Source: Candidatus Dojkabacteria bacterium
GTDB taxonomy: Bacteria; Patescibacteriota; Dojkabacteria; JAHIVN01
Length of the DNA stretch: 64,000 nucleotides
Reading direction: 5' to 3'
NCBI GenBank assembly: GCA_016932045.1
Contig: JAFGDO010000023.1
Span: 42,337 to 106,336, forward strand
Below, piece by piece: positions 20,410-29,767 of the stretch. Below the pieces are notes generated by a model, which saw only the letters and a list, made by a program, of their open reading frames with translations, searched no databases and had not been told where the DNA came from. The translations under genes and the position numbers were made by a program. How positions within the stretch are numbered: position 1 is the first letter of the stretch; each line of letters starts with the position of its first letter.

Positions 20410-21021
20410 ATGGTAAAAGAAAATCAACCCAAAAGTACAGTGCAGAAAGCCAAAGAGAATAAGGTGACAAAAAGAATTGAAGTCGGTAGTAAGGATACCC
20501 TTTCGGGAAGAAAGAGAGATATGATGAGAAGGATCAGCAGGAGGGATACATGGGCTCGAAGAAGGAAAGATAAGGATCGCCCCAAGGAAGAGTTGGATGT
20601 AAGATTAGTTTCAATCCGACGAGTGTCTAAAGTGAAAAAAGGTGGCAAAACTTTGAGGATGAGTGTGATGGCGGTTATTGGAGATAAAGAGGGAAATGTA
20701 GGTGTCGCAGTTGCAAAGGGCAAAGACGTCAGGGATGCTCAGAATAAGGCCATTAATAAAGCAAAAAAGAATCTTATAAAAGTCCCTCTAAAGGGCCAGA
20801 CTATTCCCCATGAGGTCACAAGTAAATTTAAGGCAGCGAAGGTTTTTTTGAGGCCAGCGTCACCTGGTACGGGTGTAATTGCTGGTGGAGCCGTAAGAGC
20901 AGTTGTTGAGGTAGCGGGCATAAAAGATATTCTTTCTAAGAGATTGGGGTCAAATAATACAATTACAAATGTATATGCGACTTTTGAAGCGTTAAAAAGT
21001 TTGAGATTAAAAAGATTGTAA
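20410..21021 (+). CDS. rpsE: 30S ribosomal protein S5
   Basis: S5 dsRBD plus C-terminal domain (GVIAGGAVRAV ...), 203 aa. Confidence 0.95.
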   Translation: MVKENQPKSTVQKAKENKVTKRIEVGSKDTLSGRKRDMMRRISRRDTWARRRKDKDRPKEELDVRLVSIRRVSKVKKGGKTLRMSVMAVIGDKEGNVGVAVAKGKDVRDAQNKAINKAKKNLIKVPLKGQTIPHEVTSKFKAAKVFLRPASPGTGVIAGGAVRAVVEVAGIKDILSKRLGSNNTITNVYATFEALKSLRLKRL

Positions 21022-21024
21022 AAA

Positions 21025-21486
21025 ATGAAACTACATCAACTACCAAAAATCAAAGAAAAAAAATCTAAACGTATTGGAAGAGGCTATGGAAGCGGTAAAG
21101 GTGGTCATACTGTTGGACGTGGTCAAAAGGGGCAAAGAAGTAGAAAAAGCTTTAAGCGTTTGAAGGCTTGGATTAGAGAATCGAAGATAAGATCTATTCC
21201 TAAATTAAAGGGGATAGGAAAAAGGTCTGCAAGAAGAGGTTATGCAAAAGTCAAGATTAAAGACTATGTACTGAATGTTAGTGACTTAGATCGATTTAAA
21301 GACGGAACTGTTGTTGACCTGTCTTTCTTAAAGAAGGAAGGTATTGCTGACATAAGGACTAAAAAGGTAAGTGTGAAGATATTGGGTAGAGGCGATTTGG
21401 CAAGGAAAGTTACATTACGCGGACTAAAGGTTTCGGAAACAGCAAGGAAGAAAATAGAAAAAGCCGGTGGAAAGGTTGTTGGATGA
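21025..21486 (+). CDS. rplO: 50S ribosomal protein L15 (directly follows S5; no L30 gene)
   Basis: KRIGRGYGSGKGGHTVGRGQKGQ motif. Confidence 0.9.
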   Translation: MKLHQLPKIKEKKSKRIGRGYGSGKGGHTVGRGQKGQRSRKSFKRLKAWIRESKIRSIPKLKGIGKRSARRGYAKVKIKDYVLNVSDLDRFKDGTVVDLSFLKKEGIADIRTKKVSVKILGRGDLARKVTLRGLKVSETARKKIEKAGGKVVG

Positions 21487-21518
21487 AATGCTTATTCTTA
21501 TGAATGCTCATTCTTAAG

Positions 21519-21548
21519 GTGGCTTTAAGAATTTTTTCTACATTCTAT
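21519..21548 (+). terminator. hairpin plus T-run between rplO and secY (attenuator candidate)
   Basis: ATTCTTAAGG-tgg-CTTTAAGAAT stem followed by TTTTTTC. Confidence 0.3.
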
Positions 21549-21568
21549 TTTTTATAACATCCGTATTC

Positions 21569-22870
21569 TTGTTTAAGAATTACCTCCAAAAATTAGTGCA
21601 GATTCTGAAGACTCCAGATATTAGGAGGAAATTATATTTCACTCTTCTTATGTTACTAATCTTCCGTTTGTTAGCGGCAATACCTCTCCCTGGTATAAAT
21701 GGAGAAGCCTTTAAAGAATTTTTTGGTGATAATCCTTTCGGAAACGTGTTTACATTGATAACGGGAGGGAGGCTGGATAACCCCTCGATAGTTGCAATAG
21801 GACTTGCGTCATACATCAATGCTTCAGTAATAATTCAATTACTGACAACAGTAATCCCGAAGCTTGATGAATTATCAAAAGAAGGTGAGAGAGGCAGGCA
21901 GATGATCAATCAGTATACTCGGTATCTGACTGTTCCTCTTTCAATTCTACAGTCTCTTGTAATATATACTATACTTAAGAAACAGTTTCCCTTACTTATT
22001 GGAGAACCATCAACACTTGAGATTGCTACTATGGTTATGAGTCTTACTTCGGGAACAGTCCTTTTAATGTGGATTAGCGAACTAATCTCCGAAGAGGGAA
22101 TTGGAAATGGCTCTTCTTTTATAATTTTTGCTGGTATACTTGCTTCTCTTCCAGGCCTGATCAGTCGCGATCTTGAGGTTGTCGGTTATGATAAAGTGCT
22201 TCTAATTTCCGTAATTATTGGTGCCTTAGTTATGATTGGTGGCATTGTTTTTATTACGGAGGCAACGCGTAAGGTGACTATTCAGTATGCTAGGAGGGTG
22301 AGAGGGAGATCAATGGTCGGCGGACAAAGTTCTTATCTGCCTTTAAAAATTAATCAAGCTGGAGTTATGCCTGTTATATTTGCGGCCTCTTTCCTTACAT
22401 TCCCGCAGATGATTACCCAATTTTTTATCAGTGCATCAAATCCCACCTCGTTCTTTTTTAAGGTAAGTGAAAAGGTTGGTTTACTTTATACCAATGAATA
22501 TCAATGGCTCTATAATCTTTTGTATTTCATTCTGATTATTGCATTTACTTTCTTTTATACTTTTGTTGTTCTCAATCCAAATGAACAGGCTGAAAATTTG
22601 AAGAAAGGTGGAGGTTTTATTCCTGGTATAAGACCGGGAAAATCGACTGCTCACTTTATTACTCAAATTATGATCAGACTTACCATTGTAGGGGCAGTTT
22701 TCCTAGCGACTATATCCTTAATACCATCTCTTGCTAGATGGGGCGTTGAGTTAGCCGTTTTATCAGGGATTGGAGGAACAAGTATCTTAATAGTAGTTGG
22801 AGTAATTCTAGACACAATCAGGAGATTAAAATCAATGGTTGTTTCGCGGAGTTATGAAGCTTATAAGTAA
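21569..22870 (+). CDS. secY: preprotein translocase subunit SecY
   Basis: 10-TM topology, conserved SecY motifs, operon position. Confidence 0.95.
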   Translation: MFKNYLQKLVQILKTPDIRRKLYFTLLMLLIFRLLAAIPLPGINGEAFKEFFGDNPFGNVFTLITGGRLDNPSIVAIGLASYINASVIIQLLTTVIPKLDELSKEGERGRQMINQYTRYLTVPLSILQSLVIYTILKKQFPLLIGEPSTLEIATMVMSLTSGTVLLMWISELISEEGIGNGSSFIIFAGILASLPGLISRDLEVVGYDKVLLISVIIGALVMIGGIVFITEATRKVTIQYARRVRGRSMVGGQSSYLPLKINQAGVMPVIFAASFLTFPQMITQFFISASNPTSFFFKVSEKVGLLYTNEYQWLYNLLYFILIIAFTFFYTFVVLNPNEQAENLKKGGGFIPGIRPGKSTAHFITQIMIRLTIVGAVFLATISLIPSLARWGVELAVLSGIGGTSILIVVGVILDTIRRLKSMVVSRSYEAYK

Positions 22871-22923
22871 AATAAATAATTATTAATTTATAGCTATATA
22901 TTTAAGGTTCAGAATTCATTATA

Positions 22924-23502
22924 GTGATAATAATAATAATTGGTCCTCCTGGCTCGGGAAAATCGACTCAAGCAAGGATGCTGGGAAAAGAAATAGGTAT
23001 TCCTTCGATTTCTATGGGACAAATATTAAGGGATGCTGAGGAAGCCAAAACAGTACTTGGAACAGAGGCTGCTAAGTTTACAAAAGAAGGCAAGCTTATA
23101 CCATCTAAGCTGATAAAGGCTTTTACAAGATTTCGACTTGAAGAAAATGACTGTAAAGATGGATTCATACTTGATGGTGCACCAAGAAGAGTTGAGGAAG
23201 CAGTAGTTCTGGATGAGTATTTATCCAGAAAGGGGGAGCAAATAGATAAGGTAATATCGCTTGAAGTATCAGATGGGGAAGTAATAGAGAGATTATTAGC
23301 AAGGGCAAAACTTCCTGAAGAAGAGGGGGGAGGCAGGGAAGATGATAATATTGAGGATATAAAGGTTCGTCTACGGGAATTTTATGATAATTATGATGCA
23401 ATAAAAGTTTATTATGACCAAAAGGATGTACTAGTAAGAATTGACGGAAGTGGGGCGATTGAGGATATACATAAACGAATGCGTGCCTTATTTAAGCTAT
23501 AG
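22924..23502 (+). CDS. adk: adenylate kinase
   Basis: IIIIGPPGSGKSTQ P-loop, 192 aa. Confidence 0.9.
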   Translation: MIIIIIGPPGSGKSTQARMLGKEIGIPSISMGQILRDAEEAKTVLGTEAAKFTKEGKLIPSKLIKAFTRFRLEENDCKDGFILDGAPRRVEEAVVLDEYLSRKGEQIDKVISLEVSDGEVIERLLARAKLPEEEGGGREDDNIEDIKVRLREFYDNYDAIKVYYDQKDVLVRIDGSGAIEDIHKRMRALFKL

Positions 23503-23533
23503 AGTACAAAGACATTTTTGAAATCAGGGTATT

Positions 23534-24289
23534 ATGGTAAATGTGATCCTTAAAACGGAACGTGAGATCAGAATAATGCGGGAGGCAGGTAAGATACTTG
23601 CTCAGATCATTAAAAAGTTAAGCAACGGAGTAAAAAGAGGAATTTCAACTTATGATATAAATGGAGAAGCAAAAGATCTGTGTAAATATTACAAAGTAAA
23701 TCCTGCTTTTTTGGGTTATAAAGGGTATCCTGCGGCAACTTGTTTGGGGGTCAATGATACTGTAGTTCATGGGATTCCTTCAAAAGAGGAGATTCTAAAG
23801 GAAGGCGATATTATTAGCATTGATATGGGTATTATTTATAAAGGTTATTATTCCGATTGTGCAGTTACTGTTGGTGTTGGAAGCGTTCCTGAAAATGCCC
23901 AAAGATTAATTAGTGCGACAAGGGATAGTCTAGAGGCTGCAATTAATCAGGCGAAAAAGGGTAAGACGGTTGGTGATATTGGATATGCGATCCAATCTAT
24001 AACCGAACTGGCAGGTTTTAGTGTTGTCAAACAGATGGTGGGTCACGGTATAGGTAAAGCTTTGCATGAAGACCCACAGATTCCAGGTTTTGGTAAGCAA
24101 AATACTGGTGTAGAACTGAAAGAAGGCATGGTGTTTGCCATAGAAGCAATAGTTAATGAAGGAAGCGAGAGAATAAAATTCTTAAAAGATGGTTGGACAA
24201 CAAAGACGGAGGACGGTAAACTATCTGCTCTTTTTGAACATTCGGTTGCGATAACAAGGCAAGGTACAGTAGTATTGACTGCTGAATAA
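23534..24289 (+). CDS. map: type I methionine aminopeptidase
   Basis: pita-bread fold motifs (VHGIP ... DMGI ... GHGIG ... FAIEA). Confidence 0.9.
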   Translation: MVNVILKTEREIRIMREAGKILAQIIKKLSNGVKRGISTYDINGEAKDLCKYYKVNPAFLGYKGYPAATCLGVNDTVVHGIPSKEEILKEGDIISIDMGIIYKGYYSDCAVTVGVGSVPENAQRLISATRDSLEAAINQAKKGKTVGDIGYAIQSITELAGFSVVKQMVGHGIGKALHEDPQIPGFGKQNTGVELKEGMVFAIEAIVNEGSERIKFLKDGWTTKTEDGKLSALFEHSVAITRQGTVVLTAE

Positions 24290-24347
24290 TCTTATAATTT
24301 GGACTTGTTTCATAGGGATAGCTTTGCTATAATAAAGTTCAGCCGCT

Positions 24348-24611
24348 TTGTGGCGGCATTTTATAGGCATTATTATGGGAGAAATATTAGATCCAAAAAA
24401 GAAAATAGAGGTTGACGGCGTGGTAATTGAGAATTTACCAGGGACTAAATTCCGTGTTGAGGTTGAGATTAAAGGCGAAAAACATGAGATTTTAGGCCAT
24501 TTATCAGGTAAGATGCGCATGAACTATATAAAGTTAAATGTAGGAGACACAGTTAAGGTGGAAATACCACTTTACGACCCAAGTAAGGGAAGGATTGTTT
24601 ATAGGTATTAA
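24348..24611 (+). CDS. infA: translation initiation factor IF-1
   Basis: S1-like fold; [15 protein letters not shown] ... [10 protein letters not shown]. Confidence 0.9.
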   Translation: MWRHFIGIIMGEILDPKKKIEVDGVVIENLPGTKFRVEVEIKGEKHEILGHLSGKMRMNYIKLNVGDTVKVEIPLYDPSKGRIVYRY

Positions 24612-24649
24612 TTGAAGTATAATTAAACATTTTTACGACTTTAGTAGTT

Positions 24650-24775
24650 ATGAAAGTAAAGACTAGTGTGAAGAAAAGATGTGAGTATTGTTATATCGTT
24701 CGTAGAAAGGGACGGGTTTATATCTATTGTAGAAGAAACCCTAAACATAAACAGAAACAAGGAAAAACTACATAA
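24650..24775 (+). CDS. rpmJ: 50S ribosomal protein L36 (below the ORF-track length cutoff)
   Basis: Hand translation [41 protein letters not shown], the canonical L36 zinc-ribbon sequence, between infA and rpsM. Confidence 0.85.
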   Translation: MKVKTSVKKRCEYCYIVRRKGRVYIYCRRNPKHKQKQGKTT

Positions 24776-24807
24776 TTAGTAATATTTATTTAATTTTTGG
24801 TTTAATT

Positions 24808-25203
24808 ATGGCATTACAAAGAGCAAGAATTTCGGGTGTAGATATTCCCCTTGAAAAAAGGATTGAGGTTTCGCTTACATATATATATGGTATAGGAAGA
24901 AAAAAATCTCTTGATATTTTAAAACAAGCAAAGATTAGTCCAGATACGCGCACGAAAGATTTAGCCGATACAGATATAAAGAATCTTGTGGCAATAATTG
25001 ATAAAAATTATGAGGTAGAAGGAACATTAAGACAAAGTGTATTTAGAGATGTTAAACGTTTGAAGGACATCCGTTGTTATAGAGGGATCAGGCATAAATT
25101 AGGGTTACCTGTGAGGGGACAGAGAACTCGTACAAATGCTGTTACAAGAAAAGGTAGAAATATTGCTGTAGGTGGCTTGAAAAGAAAGCTTGAAAAGACC
25201 TAA
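24808..25203 (+). CDS. rpsM: 30S ribosomal protein S13
   Basis: [15 protein letters not shown]-terminus, conserved S13 sequence, operon position between rpmJ and rpsK. Confidence 0.95.
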   Translation: MALQRARISGVDIPLEKRIEVSLTYIYGIGRKKSLDILKQAKISPDTRTKDLADTDIKNLVAIIDKNYEVEGTLRQSVFRDVKRLKDIRCYRGIRHKLGLPVRGQRTRTNAVTRKGRNIAVGGLKRKLEKT

Positions 25204-25256
25204 GACAGGTAGTATTAAAAATTTCGAGTTTATAATTATTTACAACAATTTTATAT

Positions 25257-25718
25257 ATGGGAAAGAAAAAAGTACTAGATAAATCAGAGCAGCCTGAAAG
25301 TGTAAGTAAGGAAACCTCAAAAGATAAAAAGGCGACAACAAAAGCTTCCAAATCTAAGAAGAGGAAAGATATTCCTAAGGCACGTGTTTATGTGAACTGT
25401 AGTTATAATAGTACAGTAATTACCTTTACAGATTATTCAGGGAATGTATTTGCATGGAGTAGTAGTGGATGTTCGGGTTTTAGGGGATCAAAGAAGGGTA
25501 CCGCTTTTGCTGCGACAAAGGCTGCTTATGATGCTTACGACAAAGCTTCGAAATATGGTGTAAAGGAAGCAAGTGTCATTGTAAAAGGAGTAGGTATGGG
25601 TAGAAGGGCAGCTGTTAAGGGTTTGAGAACTGCTGGGTTAATAATCACATCTCTTTCTGATCGAACTCCAATTCCTCATAACGGATGCAGACCAAGGAAG
25701 AAACCTAGAGGGAGTTAA
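25257..25718 (+). CDS. rpsK: 30S ribosomal protein S11 with Lys-rich N-terminal extension
   Basis: S11 core VYVNCSYNSTVITFTD ... ; about 30 extra N-terminal residues. Confidence 0.9.
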   Translation: MGKKKVLDKSEQPESVSKETSKDKKATTKASKSKKRKDIPKARVYVNCSYNSTVITFTDYSGNVFAWSSSGCSGFRGSKKGTAFAATKAAYDAYDKASKYGVKEASVIVKGVGMGRRAAVKGLRTAGLIITSLSDRTPIPHNGCRPRKKPRGS

Positions 25719-25742
25719 TTTTAGTTTAAATTTATAAGTTTA

Positions 25743-26339
25743 ATGGCAAGAGATTTATCTCCAAAATGGAAAAGAAGTCGAAGAGAAAAATATTCTTTGT
25801 TTGAAGATGATAAGTGGAAAAGAAGGCCAACATTGCCTGGTGAACACCCGTTAAGCACATCAAGGCCATCAGCCTATGCACTCCGTTTCCGAGAGAAGCA
25901 AAAAGCGAAAAGGATTTATGGTTTACTGGAGAAGCAATTTAAACGTTTCTTTAAAATGGCTGAAAAAGCTAAGGGTAACACGGGTGTAAAGTTACTGCAG
26001 CTTTTAGAGATGAGACTGGATAATGTTGTTTATAGATTAGGAGTCGCTCCAACACGCAATGCTGCTCGACAACTTGTGAATCATGGGAATATTACTGTCA
26101 ATGACAAGAAAATAAGCATACCTTCATATGTTGTGTCGGTTGGAGATGAAGTCGGGTTAAAGCCGAGTGCCCAGAAGAAAGAATTTGTAAAAATATTTAC
26201 TGAACAAGCTAAGAAAATTAAAACTCCGAAATGGCTACAGAAGCTTACACATGGCGGCAAAGTTGCTTCTGAACCAAGTCGAGAAATGATAGATAAAGGG
26301 ATTAATGAACAGTTGATAGTGGAGTTTTATTCAAGATAG
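25743..26339 (+). CDS. rpsD: 30S ribosomal protein S4
   Basis: S4 N-terminal and S4-domain motifs. Confidence 0.95.
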   Translation: MARDLSPKWKRSRREKYSLFEDDKWKRRPTLPGEHPLSTSRPSAYALRFREKQKAKRIYGLLEKQFKRFFKMAEKAKGNTGVKLLQLLEMRLDNVVYRLGVAPTRNAARQLVNHGNITVNDKKISIPSYVVSVGDEVGLKPSAQKKEFVKIFTEQAKKIKTPKWLQKLTHGGKVASEPSREMIDKGINEQLIVEFYSR

Positions 26340-26398
26340 TGTCGGTTTTAGATTGAAATTCAGTTTTTTGTTTTAATTTTAGATTTTAGTTTTTTATT

Positions 26399-27337
26399 AT
26401 GATAGCTTTAGATAAATTTAGATTTAATGTAGCTAAGGAGAAGGGAAATATTGGAGTGTACCAACTGGGACCACTTCCTAAGGGATATGGTGTTACTGTT
26501 GGGAATGCCCTTAGAAGAATCTTACTTTCAAGTATTGAGGGGGCTGCTATCACTAGTGTTAGGATAGCAGGAATTAAGCACGAATATTCAATGATTCCAG
26601 GAGTACTAGATGATATGCTGAGTATTCTTTTGAAGTTGAAAAAACTTGCACTTCGTTGTTATAGTGATAAACCGCAGACGATTGAGTTAGATGTAAAGGG
26701 GAAAAAGAAGGTTAAAGCAAAGGATATTAAGCTTACCTCAGATGTCGAAATTGCAAATCCAGAACTTGCTATTACTGAACTGACAGATAGTAAGGCAAAG
26801 CTTAATATCAAAATGACTGTTGAAAAAGGGGCAGGTTATGTACCAAGTGACGAGGAGAAACGTAGCCAAGTGGGAGTTATTCCTCTAGATGCCGACTTTT
26901 CTCCTGTAAAGCGCGTTGTGCTTAAAGTTACAAAGACAAGAGTAGGCCAGCAGACTGATTTAGATCAAGTAGATTTAGAAGTTTATACAAATGATGCTTT
27001 ATCTCCTCGTGATGCGTTTGTACAGGCAGCCGATATTTATAAATCAATAACGCAACGACTAATAGCAGTTATCAAGGGTGAGGCTGAGGATGAAGGTGAG
27101 GAGGTAAAGGAAAAAAAGGAAAAAGATGAAGGTTCGACTAGTTCGGATTTAGATATAGACAAAATAAATTTGTCACCAAGACTCACAAACAGTTTGATTA
27201 AAGCAGGCTATAAAAACTTAACAGAGCTCGAAGGAAAAACGCTTGAAGAAATTATGGAGATACGAGGTCTTGGTAAAAGAAGTGCTGAAGAACTTGTTGA
27301 CATTATGAAAAGCTATAAGTTAAAGGTTGAGGATTAG
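26399..27337 (+). CDS. rpoA: DNA-directed RNA polymerase alpha subunit
   Basis: NTD motifs plus acidic linker and HhH CTD. Confidence 0.95.
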   Translation: MIALDKFRFNVAKEKGNIGVYQLGPLPKGYGVTVGNALRRILLSSIEGAAITSVRIAGIKHEYSMIPGVLDDMLSILLKLKKLALRCYSDKPQTIELDVKGKKKVKAKDIKLTSDVEIANPELAITELTDSKAKLNIKMTVEKGAGYVPSDEEKRSQVGVIPLDADFSPVKRVVLKVTKTRVGQQTDLDQVDLEVYTNDALSPRDAFVQAADIYKSITQRLIAVIKGEAEDEGEEVKEKKEKDEGSTSSDLDIDKINLSPRLTNSLIKAGYKNLTELEGKTLEEIMEIRGLGKRSAEELVDIMKSYKLKVED

Positions 27338-27381
27338 AATATTATTTTCATTTCAGAGGACTTTTAGATTATTAAAACATT

Positions 27382-27951
27382 ATGAGGCATAGAAAAAAGG
27401 GTAAACAACTAGGTCGAACTGCTTCTCATAGAAAGGCAATGATAGCAAATTTGTCCTCATTCTTGATTCTAAATGAGTATATAGTAACTACTAAGGCTAA
27501 AGCAAAGGAGTGCAAATCTTTTACTGATAAAGTAATTTCAATAGCAAAGAAGAAGGATTTATATTCAAAAAGGCGAGTTAAAAGTCTTCTTAAAGACAAA
27601 ATTGCATCCGGGAAGTTAGTAGATGTTTTAGTTGATAGATATGCTGATCGAGAAGGTGGTTATGTCAGTATGGTCAAGCTTGGAAAGCGGGTGGGTGATG
27701 ATGCCGATATGGCGAAACTTTATCTAGTTGGATCTGAGCCAGTAAGAGTTAAAAAGAAGGTTAAGACAAAGAAGAAAGTCAAAAAACAAAAGGAGAAGAA
27801 ACAGGAGGTAGAAAAGAAGGAGAAAAAGGGTATATTTGAGAAGGTAAAAAGTTTAAGGCAGAGTATTTTTGACAGGAGACAAGGAAGCGGGAAAGGGCAA
27901 CAGGATGTCGGTGCAAAAAGAATAGAAACTAAATCCAGATCGGGCATTTAA
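27382..27951 (+). CDS. rplQ: 50S ribosomal protein L17 with about 70-aa Lys/Glu-rich C-terminal extension
   Basis: MRHRKKGKQLGRTASHRKAM ... conserved L17 N-terminal region. Confidence 0.9.
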   Translation: MRHRKKGKQLGRTASHRKAMIANLSSFLILNEYIVTTKAKAKECKSFTDKVISIAKKKDLYSKRRVKSLLKDKIASGKLVDVLVDRYADREGGYVSMVKLGKRVGDDADMAKLYLVGSEPVRVKKKVKTKKKVKKQKEKKQEVEKKEKKGIFEKVKSLRQSIFDRRQGSGKGQQDVGAKRIETKSRSGI

Positions 27952-27984
27952 TCTTTTGTACTATATTACGGAATCACTTGAGAA

Positions 27985-28419
27985 ATGGAAAGAACAAAAG
28001 TTATTAGCAAAAAAGATATAAAAAGAGAGTGGTATTTAGTGGATGCGACGGGAGTAAGGCTTGGTCGCCTTGCAAGTTTTGTTGCTAAACTACTCCAAGG
28101 TAAAGACAAGCCTATTTACTCGCAGAATATTGATTGCGGTGACAATGTTATTGTTATAAATTCGAAAAGTATTGAAGTGCATCCTAAGAAATATGCTAGT
28201 AAAATGTATTGGCGTCACTCGGGTTATATTGGTTCTCTAAAACAGGATACACTTGCAGAGATGTTGAAAAAGAGACCCAATGAGGTAATCAAAAAAGCTG
28301 TGTGGGGAATGATTCCAAAGACCAAGTTGGGAGGGAGAATGATAAAGAAATTATATATATATGAAGGAGAAGATCATAAACATTCTGTAAATAAACCTAA
28401 AATCATAAAAGTAACATAA
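27985..28419 (+). CDS. rplM: 50S ribosomal protein L13
   Basis: REWYLVDATGVRLGRLAS motif. Confidence 0.95.
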   Translation: MERTKVISKKDIKREWYLVDATGVRLGRLASFVAKLLQGKDKPIYSQNIDCGDNVIVINSKSIEVHPKKYASKMYWRHSGYIGSLKQDTLAEMLKKRPNEVIKKAVWGMIPKTKLGGRMIKKLYIYEGEDHKHSVNKPKIIKVT

Positions 28420-28420
28420 T

Positions 28421-28861
28421 ATGGCTAAAAAGGAAGAAAAGAGAGAAAAAGTCAACAAGGATAGCAAAAAGGTTGGTAAATACTTTTTTGCTTTTGGACG
28501 AAGAAAAACTTCTGTTTCAACTGTCAGGATATTTGAAGGAAAGGGAGAGGATACTATAAATGGTAAGAAAGTAAAAGAAGTATATTCTTCGGCAAGAGAG
28601 CTAGAAGAGTTATATTCACCATTTAAGGTAGCAGATAATCTTGGTAAGTACTATTTTACTGCTAAGGTTATGGGGGGTGGCAAATCGGGTCAGCTTGATA
28701 GCATAAAGTTAGCTCTCGCAAGGGCTCTTACTAATTCCGATGAGAAGCTCAGGAAATTATTAAAAGTTAGAAAGCTACTTACTGTTGATGGACGCGTTAA
28801 AGAGAGAAAGAAGCCTGGACTCAAGAAGGCAAGAAAACAGGAACAGTATTCAAAGAGATAA
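28421..28861 (+). CDS. rpsI: 30S ribosomal protein S9 with N-terminal extension
   Basis: C-terminal S9 signature ... RKQEQYSKR. Confidence 0.9.
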   Translation: MAKKEEKREKVNKDSKKVGKYFFAFGRRKTSVSTVRIFEGKGEDTINGKKVKEVYSSARELEELYSPFKVADNLGKYYFTAKVMGGGKSGQLDSIKLALARALTNSDEKLRKLLKVRKLLTVDGRVKERKKPGLKKARKQEQYSKR

Positions 28862-28902
28862 AATTCGTTCACTTAATTATTGTCTTCCATCAATTCTAAT
28901 TG

Positions 28903-29352
28903 TTATATCCTGCTTACTCTTTTTGCAAAGTTTTTCAAAGCACCGCTTTTTATCACTATTAAATCCATATCAAATACTCTTGCGTACATATCAAGTAGGG
29001 ATACAACATCCAATAGCGAGCGGTATCCAGACAGACCTGAGACGTCGATGTACATTTTATTAAAATTTATCTTAAAGCTTAATGCTTTCTTAATGTCATA
29101 AACATCGAGTGTCTCAAAGTGTATATAAGGTCGCTTTCTTCTTGCTCTTTCTATACATTTATTACTAATATCAGTAGCAATTAGATTTTGGCACTCGTTG
29201 TAAAGAAGTTCGGAAGTAGTACCCCATTCACAACCTATTTCTAATAGCCGGTCATTTGGTTGTACATAGTTGGCTATAGAAGATCTATATTCTTTAACAC
29301 CCCGTGTTGCCAAATAGAGTGTCTTGAGCTTGTACTGTTGCTCGTTTGCCAT
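28903..29352 (-). CDS. small class-I SAM-dependent methyltransferase (start trimmed to the internal ATG, MANEQQ ...)
   Basis: LLEIGCEWGTTS (motif I-like) and LIATDIS (acidic post-I) motifs; the track ORF extends to 29412 but its extra N-terminus reads through a hairpin/T-run terminator. Confidence 0.55.
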   Translation of the reverse strand: MANEQQYKLKTLYLATRGVKEYRSSIANYVQPNDRLLEIGCEWGTTSELLYNECQNLIATDISNKCIERARRKRPYIHFETLDVYDIKKALSFKINFNKMYIDVSGLSGYRSLLDVVSLLDMYARVFDMDLIVIKSGALKNFAKRVSRI

Positions 29353-29396
29353 GTCCCTAAAATAAAAAGTTAAATTAAACCTGATTACTTTGGGAC

Positions 29397-29452
29397 AAAA
29401 AAAAGCGCCCAATCCCGTAAAAGACGTATTACGTCTCTACGGGATCAGGCGC
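29397..29452 (-). terminator. Rho-independent terminator on the minus strand
   Basis: Multi-segment GC-rich hairpin (GCGCC / CCCGTA / ACGT arms) followed by T8 on the minus strand (A8 on plus at 29397-29404). Confidence 0.55.
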
Positions 29453-29568
29453 TCTAAGATTCACATCCTACTTGGTTTACACCTTATAGACATTTCTTAC
29501 CTGAGCTAACCCATGAAGTATGAATATTTACTTCATGGTTGACCTCCTGAAGCATCAAGTGTTTTATT
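29397..29568 (-). ncRNA. about 175-nt structured transcript: candidate leader/attenuator of the downstream methyltransferase, or an independent sRNA
   Basis: Bounded by a minus-strand TTGAAC-N17-TATAAT promoter and an intrinsic terminator; contains a perfect 10-bp hairpin (CCATGAAGTA/TACTTCATGG) overlapping an AGGAGG-N6-ATG-AAG-TAA mini-ORF. Confidence 0.35.
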
Positions 29569-29574
29569 AGACCG

Positions 29575-29603
29575 ATTATACCATTATCAAAGGTGTTGTT
29601 CAA
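29575..29603 (-). promoter_or_regulatory. sigma70-like promoter on the minus strand (TTGAAC-N17-TATAAT)
   Basis: Minus-strand -35 TTGAAC (29603-29598), 17-nt spacer, perfect -10 TATAAT (29580-29575). Confidence 0.4.
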
Positions 29604-29698
29604 TAATTGCCGTAGTTTAAACATAACTCAGGGCACGAATTTCATACAAGTAGATGGTAAAATTTTAATCAATAGGACTATTTCGAAATAATTGCTAT

Positions 29699-29726
29699 TT
29701 GCGAAAACTTTTTCTTATTGTATAAT
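29699..29726 (+). promoter_or_regulatory. candidate promoter for the PEGA-domain gene (TTGCGA-N16-TGTATAAT)
   Basis: Extended -10-like TGTATAAT at 29719-29726 with -35-like TTGCGA; about 40 nt upstream of the ATG at 29768. Confidence 0.3.
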
Positions 29727-29767
29727 AAACTCATACTTCAATTTATCTTAAAAATCTGCTCAATTCC

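Noticed and set aside
28903-29412. Longer 169-aa version of the methyltransferase ORF as given in the track
   Set aside because: The extra 20 N-terminal codons read through a canonical hairpin plus T8 terminator. The internal ATG at 29352 (MANEQQ ...) gives a clean gene boundary.
29401-29470. tRNA-like fragments (TAGCTCAGG and TAGAGC) around the minus-strand terminator hairpin
   Set aside because: The segments are not positioned to form D-stems or T-stems. The region is better explained as a multi-segment intrinsic terminator.
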